A stretch of 64,000 nt of DNA from the NCBI GenBank assembly GCA_003279935.1, contig QCGL01000009.1, forward strand, positions 3,061 through 67,060. The letters run 5' to 3'. How positions within the stretch are numbered: the first letter of the stretch is position 1; each line of letters begins with the position of its first letter. The stretch is from Prochlorococcus sp. AG-388-A04. Its GTDB lineage: Bacteria; Cyanobacteriota; Cyanobacteriia; PCC-6307; Cyanobiaceae. A program made the translations under genes and the position numbers. Under the pieces are notes generated by a model that was given only the letters and a program-made list of their open reading frames with translations, made no database searches and had not been told where the DNA came from. This document shows positions 49,233 through 61,714 of this stretch, piece by piece.

Positions 49233-50714
49233 TTAAGAAAAAGTATTATTTTTTGTTGTTGGGTATTGAATTCGTCTATGTCTAATTCTTTTCCAAACAT
49301 TTAAAAAAGATTTTTTTATTAGAAAAATTTCTCCTTTGGAGAGATTACTATCATTTAACTGGCCATCAGTTTCCCTTGAATTAACTATTTTAGATATTGT
49401 TACTAGTGCTTCAGAATCAGAAGCATTGATATCCATTGCTCTTAATGCAGCTTCACATCCATCGGCAAGCATCAAGATAGCCGTTTCTTTAGATTGAGGG
49501 ATAGGTCCTTTATATCTAAAATCGCTCTCATTAAAATTTAATTTTTTCTCTTCAGCTTTATTAAGAAAATATCCCATTTTTAGAGTTCCTTGATGTTCTG
49601 GGATGAAATTAGCTATTGGTTTTGGTAATCTATTTTTTCTTGCAAATTTCAGGCCTTCGTCTACGTGGGCCTGTAAAACCTCTGCGCTTTTTAAAGGATC
49701 ATCTATTTCATCATGTGGATTTTTCGCGCCATCTTGATTCTCAATGAACCAATTTGGGGCATGTAATTTACCAACATCATGATACAAAGAGCCCGTTTTA
49801 ATAAGATCAATATCTCCTCCTATCATTCTTGTCGCCTCTTCAGCAAGACCACATATCAATAAAGTATGTTCGAAAGTCCCTGGAGCTTCAATAGAGAGTC
49901 TTCTAATAAGAGGTTTTTCTTTATCAGCCAATTCCAATAATCTTGCCTTTGTTAACAATCCAAATATTGACTCAAAAATGGGAATAAATAATATTGTAAT
50001 GAGCATTATTATTGCTAATAGCAGAGAATCAGAAAATATTTTGCCATTTAAAGTGAAAAATTCTTGGTTATCCAATAATGAATATTCCTCATTGCCAATT
50101 AGTAGCCATTGAGAAAACATTGCCCCAATGGGAACAAATATTGAAAGTTGAAGTAACTGAGCTCGACTTCTTATTCTTCCTCCAAGAACTGAAACGACAC
50201 ATGCGCAAATCAAGGTTATGAATAGTAGATTACTATTAATATTTGTCAATGAATCTGGCCAACTTAGACTTGCTATTGAGACCCAAGCTAAGGCAGTTAT
50301 GGTTCCCATACCTTGAGAAATAATTAACGCAGGAGGTATGATGATAGATAAAGGACTTAATCCTGGTTCAAATATATTTTTTATCATCTGAACGACTAAC
50401 AGCAGTGAAATAATTAACAAGATTTGTCTTGAATTAATGTTTGGATTTTCTTTTCTAGAAACTAGTATTAAAAATCCACACGTGAATAAGACTTCAGCAA
50501 AATTCAAGCCCCAAGAAAAAACATCTGAAACTCCTAACGTTGGAGCAATAAGAATTTTATAGGAAGATATTATGGATATAACAATACATATAAGGAAGAT
50601 AATTAATTTATCTATTGTTGAAATTTGAATAGGATTCTGTGCAGGGAATTGACTTCTTTTCCATAATTTATTTAATTTTTTTATAATTCTTGTAGTAGTT
50701 TCCACAGAATACAA
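49233..50714 (-). CDS. 7TM-HD (HDIG) phosphohydrolase, PgpH-like
   Basis: Multiple TM segments then APGTFEH, LYHDVGK, F.ENQ, EHQGT, MLADGCEAA. Confidence 0.88.
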   Translation of the reverse strand: MYSVETTTRIIKKLNKLWKRSQFPAQNPIQISTIDKLIIFLICIVISIISSYKILIAPTLGVSDVFSWGLNFAEVLFTCGFLILVSRKENPNINSRQILLIISLLLVVQMIKNIFEPGLSPLSIIIPPALIISQGMGTITALAWVSIASLSWPDSLTNINSNLLFITLICACVVSVLGGRIRSRAQLLQLSIFVPIGAMFSQWLLIGNEEYSLLDNQEFFTLNGKIFSDSLLLAIIMLITILFIPIFESIFGLLTKARLLELADKEKPLIRRLSIEAPGTFEHTLLICGLAEEATRMIGGDIDLIKTGSLYHDVGKLHAPNWFIENQDGAKNPHDEIDDPLKSAEVLQAHVDEGLKFARKNRLPKPIANFIPEHQGTLKMGYFLNKAEEKKLNFNESDFRYKGPIPQSKETAILMLADGCEAALRAMDINASDSEALVTISKIVNSRETDGQLNDSNLSKGEIFLIKKSFLNVWKRIRHRRIQYPTTKNNTFS

Positions 50715-50779
50715 TTAGATATAATTGATTAATCTAAAATTATAGGCATGCTAGAAGTAAAAAGGAGAAGTTTTTCTAA

Positions 50780-51676
50780 ATGTCATTAAAACTAGATGGT
50801 AAAAAATTATCTTTAGAAATCGAAGAAAGGTTAAAAAACTATATTCAAATTAATAAAACAATTGCAAAAAGAAATCCAGGTTTGGCTGTAATAAGAATTG
50901 GCGAAGATCCCGCAAGCGGAGTTTATGTAGGGAATAAAGAAAAAGCTTGTTCGCGAGTAGGAATAAAGAGTTATATTTTTCATCTAAAAGATTCAGTAGA
51001 GCAAAAAGAAGTTGAACAATTATTAAATAAATTAAACCTTGATAATGATATTGATGGAATGTTATTACAACTACCCATATCAAAGAAATTTGATGAACAA
51101 AGATTGATAAGTTTCATTAATCCAGGTAAAGATGTAGATGGATTAAATGAGCAAAATATTGGGAAGTTAGTAAAAAATGAACCTGCGATGAGATCCTGCA
51201 CACCAGCTGGGATAATTAATTTACTAAGATCCCAAAATATTGAAATTGAAGGAAAGAAAATTGTTGTTATTGGAAGAAGTTTGTTGGTTGGAAAACCACT
51301 ATCCCTTATGTTGCTGAATCTTAATGCGACGGTAACAATGACTCATTCGAAAACTATAAATTTAAATAAAATATGCAAGGAAGCGGATATATTAATTGCT
51401 GCTGCAGGAAAACCTAACCTAATAGATTCGAGTTTTATTAAAGAGGGTGCTGTAATTATTGATGTTGGAATTCATCGATTAAAAAGTTCCGACAAAAGCA
51501 AAAACAGATTATGTGGAGATGTATTATTAGAAGATGTAATTCCCAAAGTATTTGCATACACTCCCGTCCCTGGTGGTGTTGGACCAATGACAGTAACAAT
51601 GTTACTAGTAAATACTATTTCCAGCTGGCAAAAACAATTTGGTTTATCATCAACTCTTAATGACCTGCAGCCATAA
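50780..51676 (+). CDS. folD: methylenetetrahydrofolate dehydrogenase/cyclohydrolase
   Basis: [33 protein letters not shown]. Confidence 0.97.
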   Translation: MSLKLDGKKLSLEIEERLKNYIQINKTIAKRNPGLAVIRIGEDPASGVYVGNKEKACSRVGIKSYIFHLKDSVEQKEVEQLLNKLNLDNDIDGMLLQLPISKKFDEQRLISFINPGKDVDGLNEQNIGKLVKNEPAMRSCTPAGIINLLRSQNIEIEGKKIVVIGRSLLVGKPLSLMLLNLNATVTMTHSKTINLNKICKEADILIAAAGKPNLIDSSFIKEGAVIIDVGIHRLKSSDKSKNRLCGDVLLEDVIPKVFAYTPVPGGVGPMTVTMLLVNTISSWQKQFGLSSTLNDLQP

Positions 51677-51712
51677 AGCCAATGATGCAGAAAAAAATTA
51701 CTCAACGTAAAA

Positions 51713-52615
51713 ATGACAGAAGTTATAGATAATATTCAAGATTTTGAAAAATATCTAACAGACACAAGAAGTGTCGTCGAAGAAGCTCTTAATTTATCAT
51801 TAGGCCCAGAGAATCCAGAAGTACTTAGGGAATCAATGAGATATTCTCTACTGGCTGGAGGTAAAAGGATACGTCCTATTTTGTGTCTAGCATCTTGTTC
51901 TCTAGCCGGAGGTGATCCCTCTCTAGCTGTTCCTACAGCGGTTGCCATAGAAATGATTCATACCATGTCCTTAATTCATGATGATTTACCTGCGATGGAC
52001 AATGACGACTTAAGGAGAGGAAGACCTACTAACCATAAAGTTTATGGAGATGCATTAGCTATTTTGGCTGGCGATGCATTATTAACTAGAGCCTTTGAAA
52101 TGGTCTCATTAAGAAGCCCTGGCGTTGATCCCAATAGATTATTAAATGTAGTTGGAGAACTTTCCCTTGTAGCAGGAGCACCTGGACTAGTTGGAGGTCA
52201 AGTTGTTGATTTGGAATGTGAAGGGAAAGAGGTTGATCTCGAAACCCTTGAGTACATTCATCTTCATAAGACCGGTGCATTATTAAAAGCTTGCGTAAGA
52301 ACTGGAGCAATGATTGCCGGAGCTAATGAAGAATTATTAAAGGCCCTAACTACATATGCAGAAGGAATAGGTTTAGCATTCCAAATAATAGATGACATCC
52401 TTGATTTAACTTCAAGCAGTGAGAAGCTTGGCAAAACAGCAGGTAAAGATCTTTTGGCAGATAAAACTACGTATCCTAAATTACTTGGAATGGAGGAATC
52501 AAAGAAAAGAGCTTTCGATTTAGTGGACAAAGCTAAGAAAGCAATTGAGCCTTGGGGTTTAAATGCAAAACATTTAATCTCCTTAGCTGATTTCATTACA
52601 AATAGAGATAGGTAA
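51713..52615 (+). CDS. crtE: geranylgeranyl diphosphate synthase
   Basis: [21 protein letters not shown] (FARM), FQIIDD (SARM). Confidence 0.95.
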   Translation: MTEVIDNIQDFEKYLTDTRSVVEEALNLSLGPENPEVLRESMRYSLLAGGKRIRPILCLASCSLAGGDPSLAVPTAVAIEMIHTMSLIHDDLPAMDNDDLRRGRPTNHKVYGDALAILAGDALLTRAFEMVSLRSPGVDPNRLLNVVGELSLVAGAPGLVGGQVVDLECEGKEVDLETLEYIHLHKTGALLKACVRTGAMIAGANEELLKALTTYAEGIGLAFQIIDDILDLTSSSEKLGKTAGKDLLADKTTYPKLLGMEESKKRAFDLVDKAKKAIEPWGLNAKHLISLADFITNRDR

Positions 52616-52629
52616 AGAGTATTTAACTT

Positions 52630-53109
52630 ATGTCAGAATTTTCAGCTTTCTTTGATAATTCAGTTCTTTTCTGGAGTTTATTATCTTGTTTAATAGCTCA
52701 ATTTTTCAAAATTATATTTAATTTCTTTTCAACAGGAAAGATTAGATTTGGAATTATGTTTGAAACAGGAGGGATGCCCTCAAGCCATTCTGCTTTAATA
52801 ACTGGAACTACTTCAGGAATAGGTTTTCAATTAGGCTTTGATAACCCAATATTTGCATTAGCGATTGCACTTTCACTAATTGTTATGTACGACGCCAGTG
52901 GGGTTAGAAAATCAGCCGGTATTCAGGCTGCAGAAATAAACAAACTCGCAAAGAAATTAGATCCTGAGTCTCAATTGGCTTTAAAAGAAACTCTTGGTCA
53001 TACAAAATTTGAAGTTATTGTAGGAAGTCTTTTAGGTCCACTAATTACATTACCAGGAATAGTTTTTATAGGTTCACCTCTAAACATAATTAATTTGATA
53101 ATAAATTAA
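52630..53109 (+). CDS. divergent PAP2 family protein (DUF212)
   Basis: ETGGMPSSHSA, YDASGVR, LGHT..EV. Confidence 0.9.
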   Translation: MSEFSAFFDNSVLFWSLLSCLIAQFFKIIFNFFSTGKIRFGIMFETGGMPSSHSALITGTTSGIGFQLGFDNPIFALAIALSLIVMYDASGVRKSAGIQAAEINKLAKKLDPESQLALKETLGHTKFEVIVGSLLGPLITLPGIVFIGSPLNIINLIIN

Positions 53110-54500
53110 GAATTTTGAGAATAATTAACTTGTGTAGCATTTATAAAGTTTTTTGCAGCTTCTGGGCAACTTGGTAAATGTAAATGAATCCAACTTGCAT
53201 GTAATTTGTTATCTGACCACCCTTCATTTTTAAACTTAGTCTCCCACGATTTAATTTCCCATGGAAAAGATAATTGGCTATTATATTCATTTTTCTTTAA
53301 CTCAAATTCTGAGGAAGAACGTTCAACTTCCCAATAATGAAATTCATGTCCTCTTATTAATTGATTTTGTTTAATTATTGGAGTGTCTTTAAGACCCTTT
53401 ATATATCTATAACCTACCGACAAATTACTTTTTATTGATTTAAAAGGTAATATTCCACTCATTTTATGGTTGTTACCATTTTCATCTTTTATTAAATCTC
53501 CTAAGATCATCATCCCACCACACTCTGCATAAATAAATCCTTTTTTACGGAATTCTCTTAATGACTTTAAGCTTTTATCTGAATTACTTATATGACTAGC
53601 ATATTTTTCAGGAAAACCTCCTGGAATAATTAAAGATGAAGCCTCATTTGGAATTTCTTCATTATTAAAAATGCTCCATGAAATTAGAGGAATTCCTATT
53701 TCATCAAGAAACTCCTTCGTTTCAGGATATTGGAAATGAAAGATTTTATCTTCTGCAATTGCGATAGGTTTATTTTTATCTATTTTAAAATCATTACTAA
53801 TAGTGGTATTTAATATATTTTTTTTTGGAGGGGATTTCAGGAATTTGCTTAGAGAAACAACATCAAGATTTTTTTCAGCAAAACTTGCAAAATAATCAAC
53901 ATCAATTTTTCTATCACTATCAAATGGAGAAATTAAACCTAAATTAGCTTTATTAACAGTTATTTTAGAATCAGAAGGTAAAAAACCAAGAATTTCGATA
54001 TCTTCATTTTTAAAAACTTCTCTAATTAATCTTTTATGTCTATCTGAATTGACATTGTTAAATATAATTCCTTTTATTGATAATTCATTATCAAAATCTC
54101 TAAAACCTCTAACTGTTGGGAGAAGAGAGGTTACTTGACCTTTAGCATTAACAATAAAAATTATTGGAGTATCAAGTAGTTTTGCAACATTTGCAGTGCT
54201 TGAATAAGCAGTTGCACCTAATCCATCAAAAAGACCCATGGCTCCTTCTATCAATGAGAGCTCATACTTCAAAGAATGCTTTAAAAAATTTTTCTGAACC
54301 CATTCTTCACCACTTAAAAAAATATCTAAATTTCGACAAATAGGTTGGCCAATTGAACTAAGTTGTTGTTGATCAAGATAATCTGGTCCAACCTTGAAAG
54401 TTTGTATTTTTATGCCTTTTGAAAAAGCCCAACAAGAAATCAACAGAGCTAAAGTAGTTTTCCCAGTATCAGTTGAAGGAGAAGATATTACACAAGGCAT
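53106..54500 (-). CDS. cobB: cobyrinate a,c-diamide synthase
   Basis: DTGKTT, FKVGPDYLD, IEGAMGLFDG, YAECGG, GHEFHY. Confidence 0.93.
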   Translation of the reverse strand: MPCVISSPSTDTGKTTLALLISCWAFSKGIKIQTFKVGPDYLDQQQLSSIGQPICRNLDIFLSGEEWVQKNFLKHSLKYELSLIEGAMGLFDGLGATAYSSTANVAKLLDTPIIFIVNAKGQVTSLLPTVRGFRDFDNELSIKGIIFNNVNSDRHKRLIREVFKNEDIEILGFLPSDSKITVNKANLGLISPFDSDRKIDVDYFASFAEKNLDVVSLSKFLKSPPKKNILNTTISNDFKIDKNKPIAIAEDKIFHFQYPETKEFLDEIGIPLISWSIFNNEEIPNEASSLIIPGGFPEKYASHISNSDKSLKSLREFRKKGFIYAECGGMMILGDLIKDENGNNHKMSGILPFKSIKSNLSVGYRYIKGLKDTPIIKQNQLIRGHEFHYWEVERSSSEFELKKNEYNSQLSFPWEIKSWETKFKNEGWSDNKLHASWIHLHLPSCPEAAKNFINATQVNYSQNS

Positions 54501-54510
54501 TTAATTAGTT

Positions 54511-55812
54511 TTATTTATTAAAACCATTAAATATTTGTACTGCGACCTTGATAGCATTCTCAAAAAGTGGACTGGTATTTCCTCTACTACTTCCCAATAA
54601 CTTACTTACATCTGATTCTGAGGAAGCAAAAGCATTGGGAACGACTTGCTCTATTAATTGCATATCAGCCATACCTCCTGCTTCAAGTCTCATACATTCA
54701 ACAGATTCACAGCCAAGTATTACACAAGTATTGTTTTTACGAACCTCACTAATTTTGGAAATCAACCTTAATCCAATAACTTGGCCAGAATGAATACTTG
54801 GATTTCCCAAAGGCACAGGATTTATACATGTAGAAATTTTCTCGCCATTATTTCTTTCGAATTCAATTTTTATTAATTCTCCATGATTATCTATTTTTGA
54901 AAATACCCATTCTAGTTTGTCACTAATCCACGAAATTAAAAGTAACGCTTGAAGAAAATTACCTTCTGCTATATCTATATCTATATCTGAGATATGATCT
55001 AAAATAGGTCTCCTGGATGGAGGATCAAAAATCATTGCTAATGATTCACGCCAACTTTTAAGTCTTACCCAATTTAAATCGTTAATAGCCTTGTTTGATT
55101 TTATTGATTGATAGAGGATTTTTAAGCATCTTTTGGGCGACCCATTTGCAGTATCAATAATTAATCTAATACCTTGATCAGTAAGATAATTAAAAATATC
55201 TTGAGATTCATCAAGGCTGCCATTCCACCATAACCATGTAGGTAAATCTTTTATAGATAGGTCATCAATAATTTTCAATCCTTTTTTATTAATAGAATTA
55301 GAGTCACCCCTTATGACAACTAAATCGCCACAAATAGGTTGAGTTATAGTGTTGTCACTAAGTGGGCAATAGGCGGATACAAAAGTTTTTATCTCTGATT
55401 CTTTATTTAAAGTTGGTGCTAAAGTAATCAATCTTCTAGGATTTAAGGTACTTATTGAAGATTCAAAGAATTGCCCTCTTAAGTCTTCTTGATCTTTATT
55501 TGTTAAATTTTCCTTCAATAAAGTCAATAACTCTTCACTATATATTGAGGTAGTATGTGATAATCCTTTATCTATAATTAAATTTTTAGCAACTTTAATT
55601 ATCTCTGGACTTAATGTCCCAGTAATTGGTCCACTTATTAAGCCTGATTTAACTAAACATTGTTCAAGCCATGCAGGCTGCCAGACCATCAAAGTAAAAG
55701 TATTTGCTCCAGAACTATCTTCATCTTCAGAAATCCATAATTGATTTAAATAATTAGATATTTCTTGATGAGGCAACTCTAATGGGGTTTGAAGTGTTAA
55801 TTGAGGTTTCAT
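54511..55812 (-). CDS. opcA: glucose-6-phosphate dehydrogenase assembly protein OpcA
   Basis: Follows zwf by 7 nt; NPRRLITL and DLNWVRL..WR. Confidence 0.9.
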   Translation of the reverse strand: MKPQLTLQTPLELPHQEISNYLNQLWISEDEDSSGANTFTLMVWQPAWLEQCLVKSGLISGPITGTLSPEIIKVAKNLIIDKGLSHTTSIYSEELLTLLKENLTNKDQEDLRGQFFESSISTLNPRRLITLAPTLNKESEIKTFVSAYCPLSDNTITQPICGDLVVIRGDSNSINKKGLKIIDDLSIKDLPTWLWWNGSLDESQDIFNYLTDQGIRLIIDTANGSPKRCLKILYQSIKSNKAINDLNWVRLKSWRESLAMIFDPPSRRPILDHISDIDIDIAEGNFLQALLLISWISDKLEWVFSKIDNHGELIKIEFERNNGEKISTCINPVPLGNPSIHSGQVIGLRLISKISEVRKNNTCVILGCESVECMRLEAGGMADMQLIEQVVPNAFASSESDVSKLLGSSRGNTSPLFENAIKVAVQIFNGFNK

Positions 55813-55819
55813 TATAAAG

Positions 55820-57343
55820 TTAAGGTCTGCGCCAGAAAATATTGTCTTTGGAAAGTAATTGATCTGATTCAGGAGGTCCCCAAGTCATTGATTCGTATTT
55901 GTGTATAGGTAACTTCCAAGGAGCATCTTCCATTAATTCTATTAATGGTGTATAAAGTTTCCAAGCAGCTTCAACCTCATCACTTCTTGTGAACAAGGTA
56001 GGGTCAGAAAGCATGGCATCAGCCAACAACCTTACATAACCTTCATCAGAAGGTTCTCCAAAAGATTCATCATAAGAAAATTCCATCTCAACTGGTCTTG
56101 ATTTCATCCCAGACCCAGGTGATTTGACTTCAAATTTAAAAGTAGCTCCTTCATTAGGCTGAATCCTAAGAATAAGCTGATTTGGCGCGGGATTAATTAT
56201 TGTTGATTCAAACAAATGTACTGGTACATCTTTAAATGTCAATACAATTTCCCCAAGTCTTTTTGGCAGTCTTTTACCTGTTCTTAAGTAGAAAGGAACT
56301 CCTTGCCATCTCCAATTATCAATAAATACTTTTGTAGCGATATAAGTTTCTGTTGTACTGTTCAAATTTACTCCGTCTTCATCTCTATAACCTTGAAGTC
56401 TTTTTAGGCTATTTCCTCCTTTTGCATACTGTCCTCTGATACAACAATTCCAAGGTTCATCCTCATCGGCAAGTTTTGAAGCTTGAAGAACTTTTGCTTT
56501 TTCATTTCTTATTGCCTCAGGTTCAAATTTACCAGGAGGCTCCATTGCAGTAACAGCAAGCATTTGAGTTAAATGATTTTGGAGCATATCTCTTAAAGCT
56601 CCAGAGCTTTCATAATAACCAGCTCTATCTTCAACCCCAACTGTTTCCGATGATGTTATTTGAACACTTGAAATATAATTTCTATTCCATATAGGTTCAA
56701 AAATAGTATTAGCAAACCTCATAACTAGTATGTTTTGAACAGTCTCTTTCCCTAAATAATGATCTATTCGATATATTTGACTTTCATCTGCACAACTTTG
56801 AACGATCTTATTTAATTTCTTAGCACTTGAATAGTCTCTTCCAAAGGGTTTTTCAATAACAATTCGACTTTTCTTAGGATCATCTAGTAATCCAGCAGCC
56901 TTTAGAGCCTTACATCCACTTCCATAGAAGTTTGGAGATACTGATAAGTAGAAGGTCTTATTACCATGTGTAGCCTGTAATTTATCAATTTCATTTAATC
57001 TTTTGGAAAGTCTTACAACATGATCTTCTTGCTGCAAATCAACTGGCTCATAGAATAGATAATTTGAAAACTGTTCCCATTCCTTTTCATTTTCAGATAT
57101 TTGATCAGCTAGCTTAGCTTGCATTTTTTCCTTAAAATCTTGATCACTCCACGGCCTTCTTGCACATCCAACTATAGCGAATTCACTAGGTATCCTTCTT
57201 TGCAAATAGAGTTCAAATAAGGCAGGTATAAGCTTCCTGTGGGTAAGATCTCCACTAGCTCCGAATATTATTAGGCATTGTGGAGATATTACTCTTTCTT
57301 GTCGCAAACCTAATCTAAGAGGATTACTTAAGGTTGGGGGCAT
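55820..57343 (-). CDS. zwf: glucose-6-phosphate 1-dehydrogenase
   Basis: GASGDL, EKPFG, RIDHYLGKE, LRTGK. Confidence 0.97.
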   Translation of the reverse strand: MPPTLSNPLRLGLRQERVISPQCLIIFGASGDLTHRKLIPALFELYLQRRIPSEFAIVGCARRPWSDQDFKEKMQAKLADQISENEKEWEQFSNYLFYEPVDLQQEDHVVRLSKRLNEIDKLQATHGNKTFYLSVSPNFYGSGCKALKAAGLLDDPKKSRIVIEKPFGRDYSSAKKLNKIVQSCADESQIYRIDHYLGKETVQNILVMRFANTIFEPIWNRNYISSVQITSSETVGVEDRAGYYESSGALRDMLQNHLTQMLAVTAMEPPGKFEPEAIRNEKAKVLQASKLADEDEPWNCCIRGQYAKGGNSLKRLQGYRDEDGVNLNSTTETYIATKVFIDNWRWQGVPFYLRTGKRLPKRLGEIVLTFKDVPVHLFESTIINPAPNQLILRIQPNEGATFKFEVKSPGSGMKSRPVEMEFSYDESFGEPSDEGYVRLLADAMLSDPTLFTRSDEVEAAWKLYTPLIELMEDAPWKLPIHKYESMTWGPPESDQLLSKDNIFWRRP

Positions 57344-57456
57344 ATTTTTTTATAAGTCTCTTATAGATAAAATCGTCTTTTTTTAGCTAATTAGCTACAT
57401 TTTGTGTCTAAACCAAAAAAGTCTTTTAGTTATTTAAAAAAACTGTTTAGAAAAAT

Positions 57457-58581
<1,125 letters not shown>

Positions 58582-58763
58582 TTATATTAAAAGTTTATAT
58601 TAAAAGATTATCAATTTGTATCTTAAATTGTATGTGTTTTATAAAAATAGTTACGTTTTGAGATCGGAATATTTAATTATAAATCTTTCCATTTCAAAAT
58701 TTTTATAAATTTTGTCGGTATAGTTACACAGGAATAATTTTTTATTTAATAAAAAATTCATCT

Positions 58764-59300
58764 ATGAATAATTCTCAAAGATCAGTAACTCATTCTCAGG
58801 AAAATGATTATAGAACAATTGAGCAGACCATGGAAAAGCTTTCTGGAGGAACAAGAAGGCTTGCTGCTCAGTTAACTACTTCTGCGACTTTCGAGTCTTT
58901 ATGGAATGTACTAACTGATTATGACCGCCTAAATCTCTATATCCCAAATTTGTTATCTAGTAGAAAAATTTATAAAAATAATAATAATGTTCATCTAAAA
59001 CAAGTTGGGGCTCAAGATTTCCTTGGAATGAAATTTTCAGCGGAAGTTACTATTGATTTATTCGAAGAGAAAGAACTTGGTTTATTAAAATTTAGTTTAA
59101 TTAAAGGAGATTTCAGAAGATTTGAAGGGAGCTGGAAAATTAAAAAAATTAAAGACACTTCAAAAAACTCATTAATTTATGATCTGACTGTACAGGGTTG
59201 TCAATGGATGCCGATAGGAATGATAGAAAAAAGGTTAAAAAAAGACCTTTCTGAAAATTTGATTGCAGTAGATAAGCAAGCAAAAACCTCAATAAAATAA
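58764..59300 (+). CDS. SRPBCC / polyketide cyclase-dehydrase family protein
   Basis: LWNVLTDYDRL..YIPNL and GDFRRFEGSW. Confidence 0.88.
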   Translation: MNNSQRSVTHSQENDYRTIEQTMEKLSGGTRRLAAQLTTSATFESLWNVLTDYDRLNLYIPNLLSSRKIYKNNNNVHLKQVGAQDFLGMKFSAEVTIDLFEEKELGLLKFSLIKGDFRRFEGSWKIKKIKDTSKNSLIYDLTVQGCQWMPIGMIEKRLKKDLSENLIAVDKQAKTSIK

Positions 59301-59327
59301 ATAATTAAAATTTTGAAAATTAATTTA

Positions 59328-59400
59328 TAGCCCCAAGGGGATTCGAACCCCTGTCGCCTCCGTGAAAGGGAGGTGTCCTAGGCCTCTAGACGATGGGGCC
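59328..59400 (-). tRNA. trnE: tRNA-Glu (UUC)
   Basis: GGCCCCATCGTCTAGAGGCCTAGGACACCTCCCTTTCACGGAGGCGACAGGGGTTCGAATCCCCTTGGGGCTA; anticodon TTC; 73 nt; CCA not encoded. Confidence 0.97.
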
Positions 59401-59441
59401 AAGGAAATAGCTTAATAGCTAATAAAAAATTAGGAGTAAAG

Positions 59442-60560
59442 CTATCCTTTCGTCAAGTGTTGTTGATCTTTGTTTTGGCCTTGCCACACTGGAACAGTAA
59501 AATGAAAGCATGAACCTTCACCAACTTCTGATACAACCCATATTCTCCCTCCATGAACTTCAACAATTCTTCTGCAAACAGATAGGCCAATACCGAATCC
59601 TGATGTTCCCTCAGATGTCTGTGGTAGTCTAACTCTATCGAGAAATATTCTTTTTTGCTCACTTACTGGAATTCCAGCACCTTTGTCACAAATCGTTATT
59701 TCTACCCATTGATTTGTTTTATGAATCAATGTAATTTTAATTCTTCCAGAATCTTCTGAAAATTTAAGGGCATTTTCAATTAAGTTTAAAAATACCTGTC
59801 TCATTCTTCTTTGATCTGCATATACGCTTGGGAGATCAGATGGTATGTCAGTATCAATTTCTATCTTCCTTAATCTCCAAAACTTTTCTAATTCAAGAAT
59901 TGCCTCAGCACTTATGTTTCCTAAATCAATTTTTTGAGGATTAAAAAGAGCTTCCCATTTAGTTGTTCCAACCTCAAGAAGATCTTGAGATAAAAGTTCA
60001 ATTTCTTCTAAACGTCGTTTAATTACGTCTTGCAATTTTTTTATATCAATTTGTCCTAGTTTTTGACTTTGAATAGCAAGAGTTGCTGCCGTCAGTGGCG
60101 TTCTCAATTCATGTGCAACCATTCTTAACAGTCTTTCTTGTGATTCAATTCTTTTTGTAAGTGTTTCGTTTTCTTGTCTAAGGACCAATAATTCTTCCTC
60201 AAGGAGAAACTCTTTTTGGGTTCTAATTGAATCTATTTTAGAAGGTTGAAGATTAATACCTAAATTTTGTGTAACTCCTTCTTGTTTCCATCTAGGCAAC
60301 CAAGTCTGCAACTGAACAAAAATATTACTACCTGCAAATATTTGCTTTGGAGCTGGTGAAACTTTAATAAGAGCAGGAATAGCAACCAATCTATGCAATT
60401 CAAGTAGTTCAGGTTGTTCCGTTGGTTCAGAAATCTGAAGAGAAATCTCAAACTCGCAGTCATCAGACTCTAAATAAGATAGTAATGATTTAAGATCGCC
60501 CCTAGAAAGATGATTTCTAGCAGCTACTAATATTAATTTTAATTCTTTTTTTTCATTCAA
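59442..60560 (-). CDS. sasA: KaiB-like-domain histidine kinase SasA
   Basis: N-terminal KaiB-like [17 protein letters not shown]; [23 protein letters not shown]. Confidence 0.93.
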   Translation of the reverse strand: MNEKKELKLILVAARNHLSRGDLKSLLSYLESDDCEFEISLQISEPTEQPELLELHRLVAIPALIKVSPAPKQIFAGSNIFVQLQTWLPRWKQEGVTQNLGINLQPSKIDSIRTQKEFLLEEELLVLRQENETLTKRIESQERLLRMVAHELRTPLTAATLAIQSQKLGQIDIKKLQDVIKRRLEEIELLSQDLLEVGTTKWEALFNPQKIDLGNISAEAILELEKFWRLRKIEIDTDIPSDLPSVYADQRRMRQVFLNLIENALKFSEDSGRIKITLIHKTNQWVEITICDKGAGIPVSEQKRIFLDRVRLPQTSEGTSGFGIGLSVCRRIVEVHGGRIWVVSEVGEGSCFHFTVPVWQGQNKDQQHLTKG

Positions 60561-60666
60561 ATCGTTTGCCCAGAATATTTCATAAGCTGTTTTTGCTTAT
60601 AAACACATTAAGATATTTATACATATTTTACAGTTAAGCTATCAAATAAATAGACGATATTTAGAA

Positions 60667-61209
60667 ATGGTTGCTAATATTCAAAGCAATAATACTAATT
60701 ATGGTGGATATAATTCCCCTGAAGTGAGCATAGATAGTAATTTAAAAAGATGGTTTTCTCGTAATATTGGACTTTGGAAATCAAATAGGACATATTTTCT
60801 CGAAGAAGAAAGGAAAACTTACAACCTGTGCATGTTCATAAATATTGAGTCTCTTGAAAATAAAAAAGAATGGGAATCTCATTATAAATTCACTTGGTAT
60901 CCAGAAAAGAAATATAGTTTTTTTGATGAACATCCCAAATATAAAGAAAAAGGCGAAATGCAAGCATTTATAAAGGATCACCAATTAATAAGAGAAAAAT
61001 TTTATTTAAGTGATATTGATGGAATATCCAATATTAAACAAGTTGATGAACATGAGATGATTTTCGAATCGTCTTATGAAGACTGGTATATACTTGAACA
61101 TACAAGGCTTATTGACGGAGATAATTATAGATATAGGGTTATATATTCATGGCATAAAGATAAACTTAAAATAGTAGAGAATCATCATGAAATAAAAATT
61201 ATTACATAA
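60667..61209 (+). CDS. hypothetical protein, possibly CpcS/CpeS-like lipocalin
   Basis: WF..N.GLWKSNRTY and a C-terminal EHTRL..G..RYR...EI pattern resemble S-type bilin lyases; weak. Confidence 0.4.
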   Translation: MVANIQSNNTNYGGYNSPEVSIDSNLKRWFSRNIGLWKSNRTYFLEEERKTYNLCMFINIESLENKKEWESHYKFTWYPEKKYSFFDEHPKYKEKGEMQAFIKDHQLIREKFYLSDIDGISNIKQVDEHEMIFESSYEDWYILEHTRLIDGDNYRYRVIYSWHKDKLKIVENHHEIKIIT

Positions 61210-61280
61210 ATTTTATTTCCTAATTTAGTTTAAAAATAAAAAATGTTATCTTTAAAAAGTAAATAAAAAAAAATTGATTA

Positions 61281-61709
61281 ATGTTTATAAATTTGTCTTC
61301 AAATAAATTTTTTAAAATTTTAAGTCTTCCTATATTTTTATATTTAATTTTTTTTGACATAACAATACTAAATAAAGAAATAAAAGCCAACAAGAAATTA
61401 AAACCGGCTACGGAACAAGATTTATATTTATATAAAGGTATGGGGGCTTCATATCTTTGCATAGCTTCAAAAGCTGGTATAGAATTTCCAAAAGCGTTAG
61501 GAGTTGCTACTGCCACCTATGTACAAGTAGTTGAGGGTAAACATGGAGGAGCAGTAAAAGAGTTAGGAGATGACAAATTAGAAAGAGAAAAATTATTTGC
61601 CGGTGCAGAATTTCAAATAGTTACTACAGCTATACAATATTGCCCTGATAGCGTTCCAAAAGAAGTGTCTAAAAAAGTTACAAAAATACTAAAAGAAAAT
61701 AAAAAATAA
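61281..61709 (+). CDS. conserved hypothetical protein with N-terminal TM or signal
   Basis: 142 aa; YLCIASKAGIEFPKA...AIQYCP Cys pair. Confidence 0.7.
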   Translation: MFINLSSNKFFKILSLPIFLYLIFFDITILNKEIKANKKLKPATEQDLYLYKGMGASYLCIASKAGIEFPKALGVATATYVQVVEGKHGGAVKELGDDKLEREKLFAGAEFQIVTTAIQYCPDSVPKEVSKKVTKILKENKK

Positions 61710-61714
61710 ATTTA

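Noticed and set aside
59328-59400. tRNA-Glu as an integration site
   Set aside because: Flanked by core genes; no integrase or duplicated tRNA 3' end was noticed
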